A stretch of 64,000 nucleotides of DNA from an uncultured delta proteobacterium (GCA_963796685.1 CAWCMR010000022.1:96001-160000), one strand, 5' to 3'; positions 44,435 to 55,953 are shown, counted from the first letter of the stretch. Notes: a model not told the origin generated them from the letters alone. Translations and numbers: made by a program.

Positions 44435-45797
44435 AGCCAAATCGGAGGTGAACGGATTCGTCTATTTCGCCGTGGGGGTGGCCGCTCTCGGCGGCCTGCT
44501 CTTTGGCTACGATACGGGCGTGATTTCCGGGGCCATCTTGTTCATCAAGAAACAGTTCTCCCTGTCGGCCACCATGGAGGAAATCGTCGTCAGCTCCGTT
44601 TTGATGGGTGCCGTTGTCGGCGCGACTATCGGAGGTGCTCTGACTGACCGCTTTGGGCGGCGCAAGATGATCATCCTGGCCGGTATCATATTTACGGTCA
44701 GCGCTATGGGCACGGCGCTGGCACCCACAGTCAGCTGGTTGCTTGCGGCCAGGGTGGTGAGCGGAATCGGAATCGGCATCGCTTCGTTTATCTCCCCGAT
44801 GTATATCGCCGAGCTCGTGCCGTCAAAAGTGCGCGGTTCCTTGGTGGCGGTCAACATGTTGGCGATTACCAGCGGCATCGTGGTTGCCTACCTGGTGGAC
44901 TATGCCTTTTCCTCCAGCGGGGGATGGCGCTATATGTTTGGACTGGCCGCAATACCATCCTTCGCCTTGATCATTGGAATGTGGTGGCTGCCGGACAGCC
45001 CGCGCTGGTTGCTCAGCAAATCAAGAGTCGAACAGGCGACGAAGATCCTACAGCGGGCGCGCACCGTAGCGAATGTGAGCCCGGAAATTGCGGACATCCA
45101 GAAGAGCACAGAAGAACAGGGCGTCGGCGGTATGAAAGGACTATGGCAGCCTTCACTCAAGATGCCGATGATTGTCGGCCTGGGACTGGCAATATTTCAG
45201 CAGATAACCGGCATCAACACGGTCATCTACTATGCCCCGACCATTTTCAAGTTTGCCGGAATTAACGCTACCGGACCCGCAATTCTGGCCGGAGCGGGGT
45301 TGACCATGGTGATGTGGCTCTTTCACGTGCTGGCCATTTTCCTGCTGGACCGTGTCGGCCGGAGGCCTTTGTTGCTGGTCGGTGTGGCCGGTCAGGTTAT
45401 TGGGCTGGCTGTCTTGGGCGCCGCTTTCCAGTTTCAGCAGTTGGCCAGCTTCAAGAGTTACATCGCCATTGGCGGCCTGGTCATCTACGTCGCGTGTTTC
45501 GCCTTTGGGCTTGGGCCGATCTTCTGGCTGCTGATTTCCGAGATCTATCCACTGAAGGTTCGTGGTGCGGCCATGAGCGCCGTGACGGTAACGAACTGGG
45601 CCTTGAATCTGGTGGTGGCCGTGAGCTTCCTGACCCTGGTCGGGGTTCTTGGGCACGCGGGAACTTTCTGGCTATACGGTCTCATTGCGATCGGCGCCTG
45701 GGTCTTCCTCTATCTGTTGGTGCCGGAGACCAGGGGCAAGAGCCTCGAACAGATTGAAGCCCACTGGCGGGCAGGAAAGCATCCACGGGCACTATGA
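44424..45797 (+). CDS. Sugar porter family MFS transporter
   Basis: GGLLFGYDTGVISG, DRFGRR, PDSPRWL, QQITGIN, PETRG. Confidence 0.93.
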   Translation: MGHEAKSEVNGFVYFAVGVAALGGLLFGYDTGVISGAILFIKKQFSLSATMEEIVVSSVLMGAVVGATIGGALTDRFGRRKMIILAGIIFTVSAMGTALAPTVSWLLAARVVSGIGIGIASFISPMYIAELVPSKVRGSLVAVNMLAITSGIVVAYLVDYAFSSSGGWRYMFGLAAIPSFALIIGMWWLPDSPRWLLSKSRVEQATKILQRARTVANVSPEIADIQKSTEEQGVGGMKGLWQPSLKMPMIVGLGLAIFQQITGINTVIYYAPTIFKFAGINATGPAILAGAGLTMVMWLFHVLAIFLLDRVGRRPLLLVGVAGQVIGLAVLGAAFQFQQLASFKSYIAIGGLVIYVACFAFGLGPIFWLLISEIYPLKVRGAAMSAVTVTNWALNLVVAVSFLTLVGVLGHAGTFWLYGLIAIGAWVFLYLLVPETRGKSLEQIEAHWRAGKHPRAL

Positions 45798-45901
45798 CGA
45801 ACACCTTGATCCGGCGCTACGGAAAAGCCATGGAGGCATCCCACGGGCGATAAGGCCGTGCCTTCGGCGTCGACGCAGGAAGGACGGAAAGGATTCATGT
45901 T

Positions 45902-48832
45902 ATGAACGCAAATACAGACCAGCCCAAGGCTCCTGAATCGAAACCGGAATCCAAGCCGGAGGCAAAGCCCGATGGGAAGGAGGATCTAAAGTCTCTTCCC
46001 ATGCCGGAGCTTCAAGCGAAATTGGGGTCGTCGCCGGACGGCCTCAGTCAAGCCGAGGCGCAGAAGCGACTCTCGCAATATGGGCCGAATGAGCTTACGG
46101 AAAAGAAGACAAATCTCTTTCTGAAGTTTTTCAGCTACTTCTGGGGCCCCATCCCATGGATGATCGAGGTTGCCGTGATCCTCTCGGGGGTGGTCGGGCA
46201 CTGGCCCGATTTCTTCATCATCCTTCTTTTGCTCGCAGCCAATGCCGTGGTCGGCTTCTGGGAAGAGCGCGAAGCGAGCAACGCCATCGAGGCTTTGAAG
46301 GCCCGGCTGGCGGTCAAGGCCAGGGTAAAACGGGACGGGAAGTGGATCAACCCGCCGGCGCGTGAGTTGGTGCCCGGCGATGTCATCCGTATGCGGCTGG
46401 GCGACATCGTGCCCGCGGACGCACGATTGCTTGACGGCGACCCGGTGGAGGTCGACCAATCCGCACTCACGGGCGAGTCGTTGCCTGCCGAGCGCAAGGT
46501 CGGAGAAGCGGTGTTCTCCGGTTCCATCATCCGACAGGGTGAAAGCGGCGGGATGGTTTACGCCACGGGCGAGAAGACCTACTTCGGCAAGACAGCGCAG
46601 CTCGTGCAGGAGGCGCACACCGTCAGCCATTTCCAAAAAGCGGTTTTGAGGATCGGCAATTACCTGATCATCCTGGCGGTAGCCTTGGTGGCGGTGATCA
46701 TTGGTTTTGCGATCTATCGCGGCGATGCGATCCTGACCACGTTACAGTTTGCCCTGGTATTGACCGTGGCCGCAATACCCGTGGCGATGCCCACGGTGTT
46801 GTCGGTAACCATGGCGGTGGGGGCGCGCCTGCTCTCGAAAAAGCAGGCGATCGTGAGCCGATTGGTGGCCATCGAGGAGCTGGCGGGCGTGGACGTCCTG
46901 TGCGCGGACAAGACCGGCACCCTGACTCAAAACAAGTTGACCCTTGGCGATCCCTTCGGCGTGAACAACATCCCCGTAGAGCAAGTAGTCCTTGGTGGCG
47001 CGCTGGCGTCGCGCGCGGAAAACAACGACACCATTGACCTGGCCGTGCTGGGCGGATTGAAGGACAAGGAGGCGCTGAAGGCCTACGAAGTGGTTCATTT
47101 CCAGCCCTTCGACCCGGTACACAAGCGCACCGAGGCGTCTGTCAAAGGCAAGGACGGAAAAACCTTCAAAGTAACGAAGGGTGCGCCTCAGGTGATCCTG
47201 ACGTTATCGGCGAATGCCGAGCAAGTGAAACCCGCGGTCGAGAAGGCGGTCAACGAATTCGCGGCGCGTGGGTTCCGTTCGCTGGGCGTGGCGCGGGCAG
47301 AAGGCGACGGGCCATGGCAGTTCCTCGGCGTGCTGCCGCTGTTTGATCCGCCACGCGAGGATGCCAAGGCCACGATTGCGACCGCGCTGGCCATGGGCGT
47401 GAAGATCAAGATGGTGACGGGCGATGCACTGGCCATCGCCAAAGAAACCGCGAAGAAGTTGGCCATGGGCGCCAATATCCTCGATGCCGCCAGTTTGGGC
47501 GACTCGAAGAAGAAAGAGACGACGGAGGTGGCCGAGTCCATTGAGAAGGCCGACGGATTCGCCCAAGTCTTTCCCGAACACAAATTTCATATCGTGGATG
47601 TTCTACAGAACCGCGGCCACATCGTGGGCATGACAGGCGACGGGGTCAATGACGCCCCCGCTCTCAAAAAGGCCGACTGCGGCATCGCCGTTTCGGGCGC
47701 GACGGACGCTGCGCGCGCGGCAGCGGCCATCGTGCTGATGACACCGGGCCTTTCCGTGATCATCGACGCGATCAAGGAGAGCCGCCGCATCTTCCAGCGC
47801 ATGAACAGCTACGCCATCTACCGCATCGCGGAGACCTTGCGCGTGCTGTTCTTCATGACCCTGGCGATCCTGGTGTTCAATTTCTATCCGTTGACGGCCG
47901 TGATGATCGTGATGCTGGCGCTGCTCAACGACGGCGCGATTCTGTCCATCGCCTATGACAACGTTCACTACAAGGACCAGCCCGAGGCGTGGAATATGCG
48001 CATGGTGCTGGGCATTTCTACGGCGCTAGGCCTCATCGGAGTCGTCTCCGCCTTCGGCTTGTTCTACCTCGGCGAGCGGGTCTTTCACCTTGACCGTCCG
48101 CATATCCAGACGCTGATGTATCTGAAGCTATCCGTGGCGGGGCACCTGACGATCTTCCTAACCCGTACGCGCGGCCGGTTCTGGTCCATACGTCCGGCAA
48201 AGATTCTGTGGCTGGCGGTGCTTGGCACGCAGATCGTGGCGACGCTGATCGCAGTCTATGGACTATTCATGACGCCACTCGGCTGGGGTTGGGCCGGGTT
48301 CGTGTGGGGCTATGCGCTGCTGTGGTTCCTCGTGAACGACCAGGTCAAGTTGCTCGCGTATCGGATCTTTGATCCAGTCAAAGCCGAGGCCAAAGCCAAG
48401 GCTGAACCCAAGGCGGAAGACAAACCGGACGCCAAGGTCGAGGCGGCGCCAGCAACGAAGGTCGAACCGAAACCTGACGCCAAACCCGAGGCGACTGCCG
48501 AACCTAAACCGGAGGCGAAGCCCGAGTCAGCGCCCGCAGGTAAAGCTCCGGCCGAACCGGCAGCCAAATCCGTGCCGCCTGCGGCCACCAAAGCAGAACC
48601 GAAACCGGACGCGAATACCGACGTCAAACCAACCGACAAAGTCGAGCCGAAGCCTGATGCCCAACCGGAAGCCAAGCCCGGGCCCAGCACGAAGCCAGCG
48701 GTCGAGGTATCCCAGCAGGTCGCCACGAAGGTCCACAAATTCTACGAGCAATTGGGGCGCGAGGACGTTCGCGCGGTCGAGGAAGCGGACGAGGCGAAGG
48801 AAAAGGCTCCGAAAGTGCAGCCCCCCAAATAG
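45902..48832 (+). CDS. Plasma-membrane proton-efflux P-type ATPase (type IIIA) with a Pro/Glu/Ala/Lys-rich tail
   Basis: FWGPIPWMIE, LTGES, IPVAMP, DKTGTLTQN, TGDGVNDAPALKKAD, LNDG. Confidence 0.93.
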   Translation: MNANTDQPKAPESKPESKPEAKPDGKEDLKSLPMPELQAKLGSSPDGLSQAEAQKRLSQYGPNELTEKKTNLFLKFFSYFWGPIPWMIEVAVILSGVVGHWPDFFIILLLLAANAVVGFWEEREASNAIEALKARLAVKARVKRDGKWINPPARELVPGDVIRMRLGDIVPADARLLDGDPVEVDQSALTGESLPAERKVGEAVFSGSIIRQGESGGMVYATGEKTYFGKTAQLVQEAHTVSHFQKAVLRIGNYLIILAVALVAVIIGFAIYRGDAILTTLQFALVLTVAAIPVAMPTVLSVTMAVGARLLSKKQAIVSRLVAIEELAGVDVLCADKTGTLTQNKLTLGDPFGVNNIPVEQVVLGGALASRAENNDTIDLAVLGGLKDKEALKAYEVVHFQPFDPVHKRTEASVKGKDGKTFKVTKGAPQVILTLSANAEQVKPAVEKAVNEFAARGFRSLGVARAEGDGPWQFLGVLPLFDPPREDAKATIATALAMGVKIKMVTGDALAIAKETAKKLAMGANILDAASLGDSKKKETTEVAESIEKADGFAQVFPEHKFHIVDVLQNRGHIVGMTGDGVNDAPALKKADCGIAVSGATDAARAAAAIVLMTPGLSVIIDAIKESRRIFQRMNSYAIYRIAETLRVLFFMTLAILVFNFYPLTAVMIVMLALLNDGAILSIAYDNVHYKDQPEAWNMRMVLGISTALGLIGVVSAFGLFYLGERVFHLDRPHIQTLMYLKLSVAGHLTIFLTRTRGRFWSIRPAKILWLAVLGTQIVATLIAVYGLFMTPLGWGWAGFVWGYALLWFLVNDQVKLLAYRIFDPVKAEAKAKAEPKAEDKPDAKVEAAPATKVEPKPDAKPEATAEPKPEAKPESAPAGKAPAEPAAKSVPPAATKAEPKPDANTDVKPTDKVEPKPDAQPEAKPGPSTKPAVEVSQQVATKVHKFYEQLGREDVRAVEEADEAKEKAPKVQPPK

Positions 48833-48874
48833 GCCGCCGCAACCAGCGCGGCCGATATACCTGAAAGAAGAAAG

Positions 48875-48937
48875 ATGAAGATCAATTCACAAGATTTCCA
48901 GGTGCGGCCCGGCGCCAAGGTCGAGCTCAAGGAGTGA
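48875..48937 (+). pseudogene. 20-codon remnant resembling the N-terminus of polyphosphate kinase 2
   Basis: MKINSQDFQVRPGAKVELKE* with a purine-rich RBS; resemblance recalled from family knowledge, not from a search. Confidence 0.5.
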
Positions 48938-48940
48938 GAT

Positions 48941-50035
48941 ATGATGAAGGCCACCGAGCTGCTGTACGACCTGGGCCAGAGCCTCTGGCTCGACAACATC
49001 ACGCGCGATCTGCTCGACTACGGCACGCTGGAACGGTACATCGACGAGCTCTCCGTGACCGGGTTGACCTCGAACCCGACGATTTTCGACCACAGCATCA
49101 AGGGCAGTGCCGCCTACGACACCGCGATTCGTGAAGCGCTGGGGAAGGGAAGCACCGGTGAGGCGCTGTTCTTCGATCTGGCGCTCGACGATCTCGTCCG
49201 CGCCGCCGATCTGTTCAGGCCGATTCACGAGGGCACGAACGGCGTGGACGGCTGGGTGTCCCTCGAGGTGTCGCCGCTGCTCGCCCATGACACGGCAAAG
49301 ACCATCGCCGCCGCCAAGGAGCTTTCCGCGCGAGCGGCACGTCCGAACCTGTTCATCAAGATCCCTGGCACTGAGGAAGGTCTTCCAGCCATCGAGGAGG
49401 CAATCTTTGCCGGTGTGCCGGTCAACGTCACGCTCTTGTTTTCGCGCGAGCAATACCTGGCGGCGGCCGAGGCGTATTTGCGCGGCATCGAACGGCGTAT
49501 TGCCGCCGGGCTCAACCCCCAGGTCGGCTCGGTGGCCTCGATGTTCATCAGCCGTTGGGATGCCGCGGTGGCGGACAAGGTTCCAGGGACGCTGAGCAAC
49601 CGGCTCGGAATCGCCGTTGCCGGCCGTATCTACAAAGCCTACCTCGACCAGTTGAGCAACCCGCGCTGGCAGCGCGCATACAACCGCGGTGCCCGACCGC
49701 AACGGTTGTTATGGGCCAGCACCGGGACGAAGGATCCCAAGGCTTCCGACATTCTCTACATCAAGGCCCTCGCTTCCCCATTCACGGTGAACACGATGCC
49801 CGAGGCAACCCTGAATGCCTTCGACGACCATGGTGAGCTTGGTGCGGCCATGGCACCAGACGGTGGCGATTGCGAGCAGGTCTTGGGCGAGCTCGCGAAG
49901 TCCGGCGTGCATGTGGACGCCCTGGCCGCCCGCCTACAGGACGAGGGAGGGAAATCGTTCGTGAAATCTTGGCGCGAATTGCTAGAGGTGATTGCATCAA
50001 AGAGTGACGCCCTCAAGAAGACGGAAATGCGATGA
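48941..50035 (+). CDS. tal: Transaldolase
   Basis: [45 protein letters not shown]. Confidence 0.93.
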   Translation: MMKATELLYDLGQSLWLDNITRDLLDYGTLERYIDELSVTGLTSNPTIFDHSIKGSAAYDTAIREALGKGSTGEALFFDLALDDLVRAADLFRPIHEGTNGVDGWVSLEVSPLLAHDTAKTIAAAKELSARAARPNLFIKIPGTEEGLPAIEEAIFAGVPVNVTLLFSREQYLAAAEAYLRGIERRIAAGLNPQVGSVASMFISRWDAAVADKVPGTLSNRLGIAVAGRIYKAYLDQLSNPRWQRAYNRGARPQRLLWASTGTKDPKASDILYIKALASPFTVNTMPEATLNAFDDHGELGAAMAPDGGDCEQVLGELAKSGVHVDALAARLQDEGGKSFVKSWRELLEVIASKSDALKKTEMR

Positions 50036-52191
50036 GTCAAGGCGTGGCCAGCTCTCCGAAGGCGCCAAGCGCGGGTGCCTTCACATGCCCCATGCATCCC
50101 GAGGTTCAGGCGGACAAGCCCGGCTCTTGCCCGAAGTGCGGGATGGCGCTGGAGCCGAATACGGCCGTTGCGACCGAGGAAGAGGAAAACCCGGAGCTGA
50201 GCAATATGAGGCGCAGGTTCTGGTTCTCGGCGGTGCTCGCCGTGCCGCTGATCGTTCTCGCGATGGGGGATGCCGTGACCGGCGGTCTCGTATCTCGACT
50301 TGTTTCACCGCAAACCAGGACCTTCGTGGAGCTTGCGCTGGCCACCTTGGTGTGCACCTGGGCAGCCTGGCCGTTCTACGTCCGCGCGGTCCAGTCCGTA
50401 AGAAACAGGAGTCTCAACATGTTCACCCTGGTCGGGCTCGGGGTGTTCGTGGCCTACACGTACAGCCTCTTTGCTACACTGCTGCCTGGCTTCTTCACTG
50501 CCTCGTTCCGCGGCAAGGACGGAGAGGTGGCAGTCTACTTCGAGGCTGCTGCCGTCATCGTCACTCTCGTTCTGCTCGGGCAAGTACTCGAGCTGCGAGC
50601 TCGCGGCGCGACCAGCACCGCCATCAAGAGGCTCCTCGGCCTCGCGCCGAAGACCGCGCGTCGTCTCAAGGCGGATGGTTCAGACGAGGACGTCTCGCTC
50701 GATGCCGTCGCAGTCGGCGACCGGCTGCGCGTGCGTCCGGGTGAGAAGGTCCCCGTCGACGGCATCGTGCTCGAAGGGACAACCTCGATGGACGAGTCGA
50801 TGGTCACTGGCGAGCCGATCCCCGTGGAAAAGCATACCGGCGACCACGTGGTGGGCTCGACCATGAACGGCACCGGGGCGCTGGTCGTGCGTGCCGAGAA
50901 GGTTGGCGCCGAAACCCTGCTGTCACGAATTGTAGCGATGGTTGCCGAAGCCCAGCGCAGCAGGGCTCCGATCCAAAGGCTCGCGGACATCGTCTCGGGC
51001 TACTTCGTTCCAATCGTCGTGGGTGTCGCGGTCCTCACTTTTGTCGTGTGGAGCCTCGTGGGACCCGAGCCGCGCATGGCGCGCGCGCTCATCAATGCAA
51101 TTGCAGTCCTGATCGTCGCTTGCCCTTGCGCGCTCGGGTTGGCGACGCCCATGTCGATCATGGTCGCGACCGGAAAGGCTGCCACGATGGGCGTCCTCTT
51201 TCGCAACGCCGAGGCCATCGAGGTCATGCGCAAGGTCGATACGCTCGTCATCGATAAGACCGGAACGCTGACCGAGGGCAAACCGAAGCTGACGTCCGTC
51301 GTGCCTGCTGCGGGTTTCGATGAGCAGGCGCTGCTTCGGCTCGCCGCCACGCTCGAGCGGGGGAGCGAACATCCCCTCGCGGCCGCCATCGTCGAGGGGA
51401 GCGTAGGCCGCGGCGTCAGGTTGGGCGACACGACGGGATTCGAGAGCATCACCGGCAAGGGCGTGCGCGGAAGGGTCGACGGTCGGGCCGTGGCTCTCGG
51501 AAATCGTGCGCTCGTTACCCAGCTCGGTGTCGAGCTCGGCGCGCTCACCGAGAAGGCCGAGGCGCTGCGGACCGAGGGGCAGACTGTCATGTTCGTGGTG
51601 GTTGATGGGAAACCAGCGGGCCTGGTCGGCGTCGCTGACCCGATCAAGGACAGTACCCCCGAAGCCATTCGAGCCCTGCACGAAGAGGGCATCCGCATCG
51701 TGATGCTCACCGGCGACAACGAGACGACCGCGCGGGCGGTGACCAAGGCGCTCGGCCTTGACGACGTCGTCGCCGACGTGTTGCCAGACCAAAAGGCGGA
51801 GGTCGTCAAGCGGCTCCAGGGCGAAGGTCACTTCGTGGCGATGGCGGGCGACGGTATCAACGATGCACCGGCGCTTGCGCGGGCACAGGTGGGCATCGCC
51901 ATGGGCACAGGCACCGACGTTGCCATGGAGAGCGCGTCCATCACGCTCGTGAAAGGAGACCTGATGGGCATCGTCCGAGCCCGTCGCCTGTCACGAAAGA
52001 CGATGCGCAACATCAAGCAAAACCTGTTTTTCGCTCTCTTCTACAATGCGGCGGGGGTGCCCATTGCGGCTGGCGTGCTCTATCCCTTCTTCGGGCTGCT
52101 TCTGTCTCCCGTCTTCGCGGCAGCAGCGATGAGCTTCAGCTCGGTGTCAGTGATTGGCAATGCGCTGCGCTTGCGGCGCGCCCATGTGTGA
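50032..52191 (+). CDS. Copper-translocating P1B-type ATPase
   Basis: [49 protein letters not shown] and MSFSS. Confidence 0.93.
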   Translation: MSQGVASSPKAPSAGAFTCPMHPEVQADKPGSCPKCGMALEPNTAVATEEEENPELSNMRRRFWFSAVLAVPLIVLAMGDAVTGGLVSRLVSPQTRTFVELALATLVCTWAAWPFYVRAVQSVRNRSLNMFTLVGLGVFVAYTYSLFATLLPGFFTASFRGKDGEVAVYFEAAAVIVTLVLLGQVLELRARGATSTAIKRLLGLAPKTARRLKADGSDEDVSLDAVAVGDRLRVRPGEKVPVDGIVLEGTTSMDESMVTGEPIPVEKHTGDHVVGSTMNGTGALVVRAEKVGAETLLSRIVAMVAEAQRSRAPIQRLADIVSGYFVPIVVGVAVLTFVVWSLVGPEPRMARALINAIAVLIVACPCALGLATPMSIMVATGKAATMGVLFRNAEAIEVMRKVDTLVIDKTGTLTEGKPKLTSVVPAAGFDEQALLRLAATLERGSEHPLAAAIVEGSVGRGVRLGDTTGFESITGKGVRGRVDGRAVALGNRALVTQLGVELGALTEKAEALRTEGQTVMFVVVDGKPAGLVGVADPIKDSTPEAIRALHEEGIRIVMLTGDNETTARAVTKALGLDDVVADVLPDQKAEVVKRLQGEGHFVAMAGDGINDAPALARAQVGIAMGTGTDVAMESASITLVKGDLMGIVRARRLSRKTMRNIKQNLFFALFYNAAGVPIAAGVLYPFFGLLLSPVFAAAAMSFSSVSVIGNALRLRRAHV

Positions 52192-52257
52192 CCCCGCTCA
52201 ACAGGATCACTGGCCCACATTTCTCGAGGATCAGGCCACCCAGGAAAACGGCGAGCC

Positions 52258-53610
52258 ATGAATCAACTCAAACGGTTTTGGAGCGTTCTGCGGTCGAGCT
52301 TTTGGTTTGTGCCTTCGCTGATTGTGGCGGGCAGCATCGCCCTCGCGGTGGCGTTGATTGAAGTGGACTCCGCCGGGAGCGAACACTGGCTGGTCCACTG
52401 GCCGCGCCTGTTTGGGGCCAGCGCGGCAGGCGCGCGCGGGATGTTGTCCACGATTGCCGGTTCGATGATGACCGTGGTGGGGGTCGCGTTTTCGATGGTA
52501 TTGGTGACGCTGGCGCTGGCCTCGAGCCAATACACCTCGCGAATCCTGCGAAACTTCATGCGAGACCGCGTCACGCAGGTCGTGCTCGGCATCTTCGCCG
52601 GCATTTTCGCCTATTGCCTGATCGTCTTGCGTACCATCCGCGGTGCCGACCAGGGCGGATTCGTTCCGAGCCTGGCCGTCTCGTTCGGCGTCGTGCTGGC
52701 AATCGCCGGCGTCGGTGCCCTCATCTTCTTCATTCATCACATTGCCACTTCGATTCAAGCCTCAAGCATCATTGCCTCGGTGGCCGAGGAGACCCTGGTG
52801 GCCGTTGACCGGCTTTTCCCGGGGAAACTTGGACAAGAGCCGGTTGACGACGACGAGGATCAGGCAACGCTCCCGCTGCCGGAGTGGAACTGGCAGACCG
52901 TCCCGGCCGAAAGGACCGGCTACATTCAAAGCGTGAACAACGCGGCCCTCCAGCGCGTGGCGCAGGAGAACAAGACCATTGTGCGGATGGAGCGCGGCAT
53001 CGGCGAGTTTGTGGTGCAAGACACCCCGCTCGCCTCGCTCGCCCTGGACGGCCCGCGGGGACCGGTGATCGTCGCTGCCGTGCAGGCGGCCTACAGCATC
53101 GACAGGCACCGCACGGTTTACCAAGATTGCGGTTTCGGCATCAGACAGATCGTGGATATGGCGTTGCGCGCACTTTCCCCCAGCGTCAACGACACCACGA
53201 CGGCGGTGATGTGCGTGGACTATCTGCAGGCGATTCTGGCACGACTGGCCTGTCGGGGAATTCCTTCGTCGCACCGCTACGAGGACGGAGAATTGAGGAT
53301 TATCGCCATCGGACCGACGTTTGCGGGCCTGGTGGCCGAATCGTTCGATCAAATTCGAGGCAGCTCCAACGGCAATGTCGGCATCATGTTACGGATGCTG
53401 GGCGCGCTGCAAACCATCGGCGATCTCACGGCCAGTCCGAGCCGGCGACAGGCGCTGCGGGAACAAGCGCAATGGATTGCCGAGCTGGCCACGCGCACCA
53501 TCGCGTCCCCACACGACCGGGCCCGGTTTGAGAGCCGGCTGGCGCGGGTGCGCGCCGCGCTCGAAACGGAGCCGGCTCCCGTGGCAGGGGTACGAAAGAC
53601 GGTGATTTAG
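52258..53610 (+). CDS. DUF2254 family membrane protein
   Basis: SSFWFVPSL, LASSQYTSR, RALSPSVNDTTTA. Confidence 0.85.
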   Translation: MNQLKRFWSVLRSSFWFVPSLIVAGSIALAVALIEVDSAGSEHWLVHWPRLFGASAAGARGMLSTIAGSMMTVVGVAFSMVLVTLALASSQYTSRILRNFMRDRVTQVVLGIFAGIFAYCLIVLRTIRGADQGGFVPSLAVSFGVVLAIAGVGALIFFIHHIATSIQASSIIASVAEETLVAVDRLFPGKLGQEPVDDDEDQATLPLPEWNWQTVPAERTGYIQSVNNAALQRVAQENKTIVRMERGIGEFVVQDTPLASLALDGPRGPVIVAAVQAAYSIDRHRTVYQDCGFGIRQIVDMALRALSPSVNDTTTAVMCVDYLQAILARLACRGIPSSHRYEDGELRIIAIGPTFAGLVAESFDQIRGSSNGNVGIMLRMLGALQTIGDLTASPSRRQALREQAQWIAELATRTIASPHDRARFESRLARVRAALETEPAPVAGVRKTVI

Positions 53611-54372
53611 AAGCGCATGACCAGGACGATGCCCGAAGCGTTCCTGGCAACAAGTGGCACGACTGCCATTCGCAGCCCGGCCGTGGGCGCAGCCAAGTCA
53701 CCTCTGCGGTATGCGTTTAGAGCGTTCAGAGCGCCCACCGGCTGAGTCAAGATCATGATTTCGCCTGTCGCGACGCCAGTCAGCAAACTGATGGTTGCGC
53801 TGGTCCAGTGCCCGAATCCCGCACCAAGGACAAAGAAGATTCCCGCATTGACGACGATATTGCCTCCATGGAAGAGCAGACTCCGCCCCTCTTGTTCATT
53901 GGCGGCGTCTCGCATTAGAAATTCTTCTGCTCGGGGAAGCGATACACATGCATCTGCTGCGGGTGTCTCGGCTCGAAGGCTCGTCGAGCTCCTTTTCATC
54001 AGCCATGACTTTCAACGGTGTGACAAGCAAGGGTACCAATCCAATCAGCGAGGCACCGCCACCCACATAGAAATCCGGTCCCGAGGCATGGGACACCAAA
54101 GGTGCGGCGACGAATTGGCCGATCGCGAGAGACGAATAGATTGCCCCCCAAGAGTAGCTCCACATGCTGGCGTGATGGGCGTCGCTGTGCAGGCGTTCGC
54201 GAATGAAACGAAGACGCGTCTCCGCATCCAAGTGCTGCAGCGCAGGTTCCCCCCCGACAAAAGTAGTCGGGCATTCGGTTCCGAACGCCGAGCTAGCGGA
54301 CAGGGCGAGAGAGAGGCCCAATGCGCTCCATCCCCGACTCATTCGGATGAAGCATAGCAGGGTGGGGGCCAT
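53607..54372 (-). pseudogene. Secreted/membrane hypothetical protein split by a frameshift near 53980
   Basis: ORF 53896..54390 (signal peptide, TM) joins ORF 53607..53999 as ...DELRAETP... if one base is removed. Confidence 0.6.
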
Positions 54373-54493
54373 GGTGACGGCGCCAGTCAAGTCGGGGACC
54401 GAAAGGCTGGCGCGCCGGGCGTGGCGTGCTAGACACGTTTGTCTTGGCCAGACTTGCCGATGGGTTCCTCATACCGCCGAAGCGGGAGCAACG

Positions 54494-55268
54494 GTGTTCG
54501 GCTGGTTGAGGAGACGGCGGCGGGAGGGGATTCGGCGCCGTCCGTTTCCGGTCGAATGGCGTGCGGTCATCGAGAAGAACGTTCCCTTCGCGGCGTGCCT
54601 GCCTCCGGAAGACCGCGTGGAAGCTCGAAGGTCACATTCAGGTGTTTCTCGAGGAGAAGTACTTCGAAGGTTGTGGCGGGTTGCAGATCACCGACGAGGC
54701 GCGGGTTACGATCGCTGCCCAGGCATGTGTTCTTCTCCTCCATCGCGAGACGGACTACTACCCGAACCTCGTCTCCATCTTGGTGTATCCCAGCACCTAT
54801 CTTGTCCCGGGTGGTCAGCGCACCACGGATGGATTGGTCGCCGACGGTCTGCAAGCGCGGCTCGGAGAATCATGGGCGCGCGATGTGGTCGTGCTGGCCT
54901 GGGATAGCGTGCTTTCGGGCGCAGCCGATATTCACGACGGACACAACGTCGTTTTGCACGAATTCGCGCACCAGCTGGACCAAGAGTGCAATACGGGCCA
55001 GGGGGTGCCGGTGCTTCCCAGGCGTTCGATGTACGTCGCGTGGGCGCGCGTTCTCGGTCACGACTTCGATCAGCTCGTGCGTGAGACCCAGCACCATCAC
55101 CGGACGCTGATGGACCAGTATGGCGCGACCAATCCAGCCGAGTTCTTTGCCGTGGCGACCGAGACGTTCTTCGAAAAGCCACGCCGGCTTCGGGAAAAGC
55201 ATCCACAGCTCTATTCCCAACTGCAGCAGTTCTACCGCCAGGATCCGGCAACGCTCGTCGAAGGCTGA
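54494..55268 (+). pseudogene. M90 (MtfA-like) zinc-dependent peptidase with a frameshift near 54621
   Basis: GTG start VFGWLRRRRR...PFPVEW; then FLEEKYFEGCGGL, ILVYP, HEFAHQLD, YGATNPAEFFAV. Confidence 0.85.
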
Positions 55269-55277
55269 TTCGGGTCG

Positions 55278-55763
55278 TCAGGGAGCGATCTTCTCGCTCA
55301 GCCACTGCCGGGTCGTCTCGACGGAGTCTTTCAACGCGACGTAGGACTCGTTGAAGCCACTCTTCACATCGTTCCAGGTGGACTCGGTAGCGTTCTGCGC
55401 CTGGTCGAGCTGTTGCTTCGTCTTGGTCCATTTCTCGCGCACGACTTCCAGCTTGGCCTTGGCCTCGGCCTTCGCCGCGCCACCGGAGTCGTCAACCTTG
55501 GCGGCGAGGAGGTTCAGGTCGTCCTGGAGCTCGCCGAGGTCTTTGTTCATCTTGGCGACGAATTCGGACCTCCGCGCGTAGGCGTAGTCCTCCATCGCTT
55601 GTGCGGCTTCTGCCGTTGCTGCCTTGGCCTTGCCGAGCTGAAGGGCCGCAGCTGAGTCTTGCTGCGTCCCATTCGTCGGTCTGTCGGCAGTGGATTTGCA
55701 GCCTACGGCCAGAACCCCAGCGGAAAAGATGAAGAGCGGGAAAGCCAGTTTCGAGTTGGTCAT
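55278..55763 (-). CDS. Coiled-coil stress lipoprotein (Sll1863-like)
   Basis: Lipobox AVGC; YAYARRSEFV; ATESTWNDVKSGF. Confidence 0.72.
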   Translation of the reverse strand: MTNSKLAFPLFIFSAGVLAVGCKSTADRPTNGTQQDSAAALQLGKAKAATAEAAQAMEDYAYARRSEFVAKMNKDLGELQDDLNLLAAKVDDSGGAAKAEAKAKLEVVREKWTKTKQQLDQAQNATESTWNDVKSGFNESYVALKDSVETTRQWLSEKIAP

Positions 55764-55791
55764 GAGTCTTCCTTTGCTTGGGTTGTCGACT

Positions 55792-55941
55792 TCAAGTCAG
55801 GCGGCGCCCCTGGATGATACGAACCAGGACCAGGACTACGGCGGCCACGAGAAGGATATGGATGAACCCTCCCATGGCGTGAGCCGTGAAGAATCCGAGT
55901 GCCCACAACACCAGAAGGATGACGGCGATTGTCCACAGCAT
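55792..55941 (-). CDS. lmo0937-family small membrane protein (49 aa; absent from the ORF track)
   Basis: MLWTIAVILLVLWALGFFTAHAMGGFIHILLVAAVVLVLVRIIQGRRLT; GGAG RBS. Confidence 0.88.
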   Translation of the reverse strand: MLWTIAVILLVLWALGFFTAHAMGGFIHILLVAAVVLVLVRIIQGRRLT

Positions 55942-55953
55942 GGTCGTCTCCGG

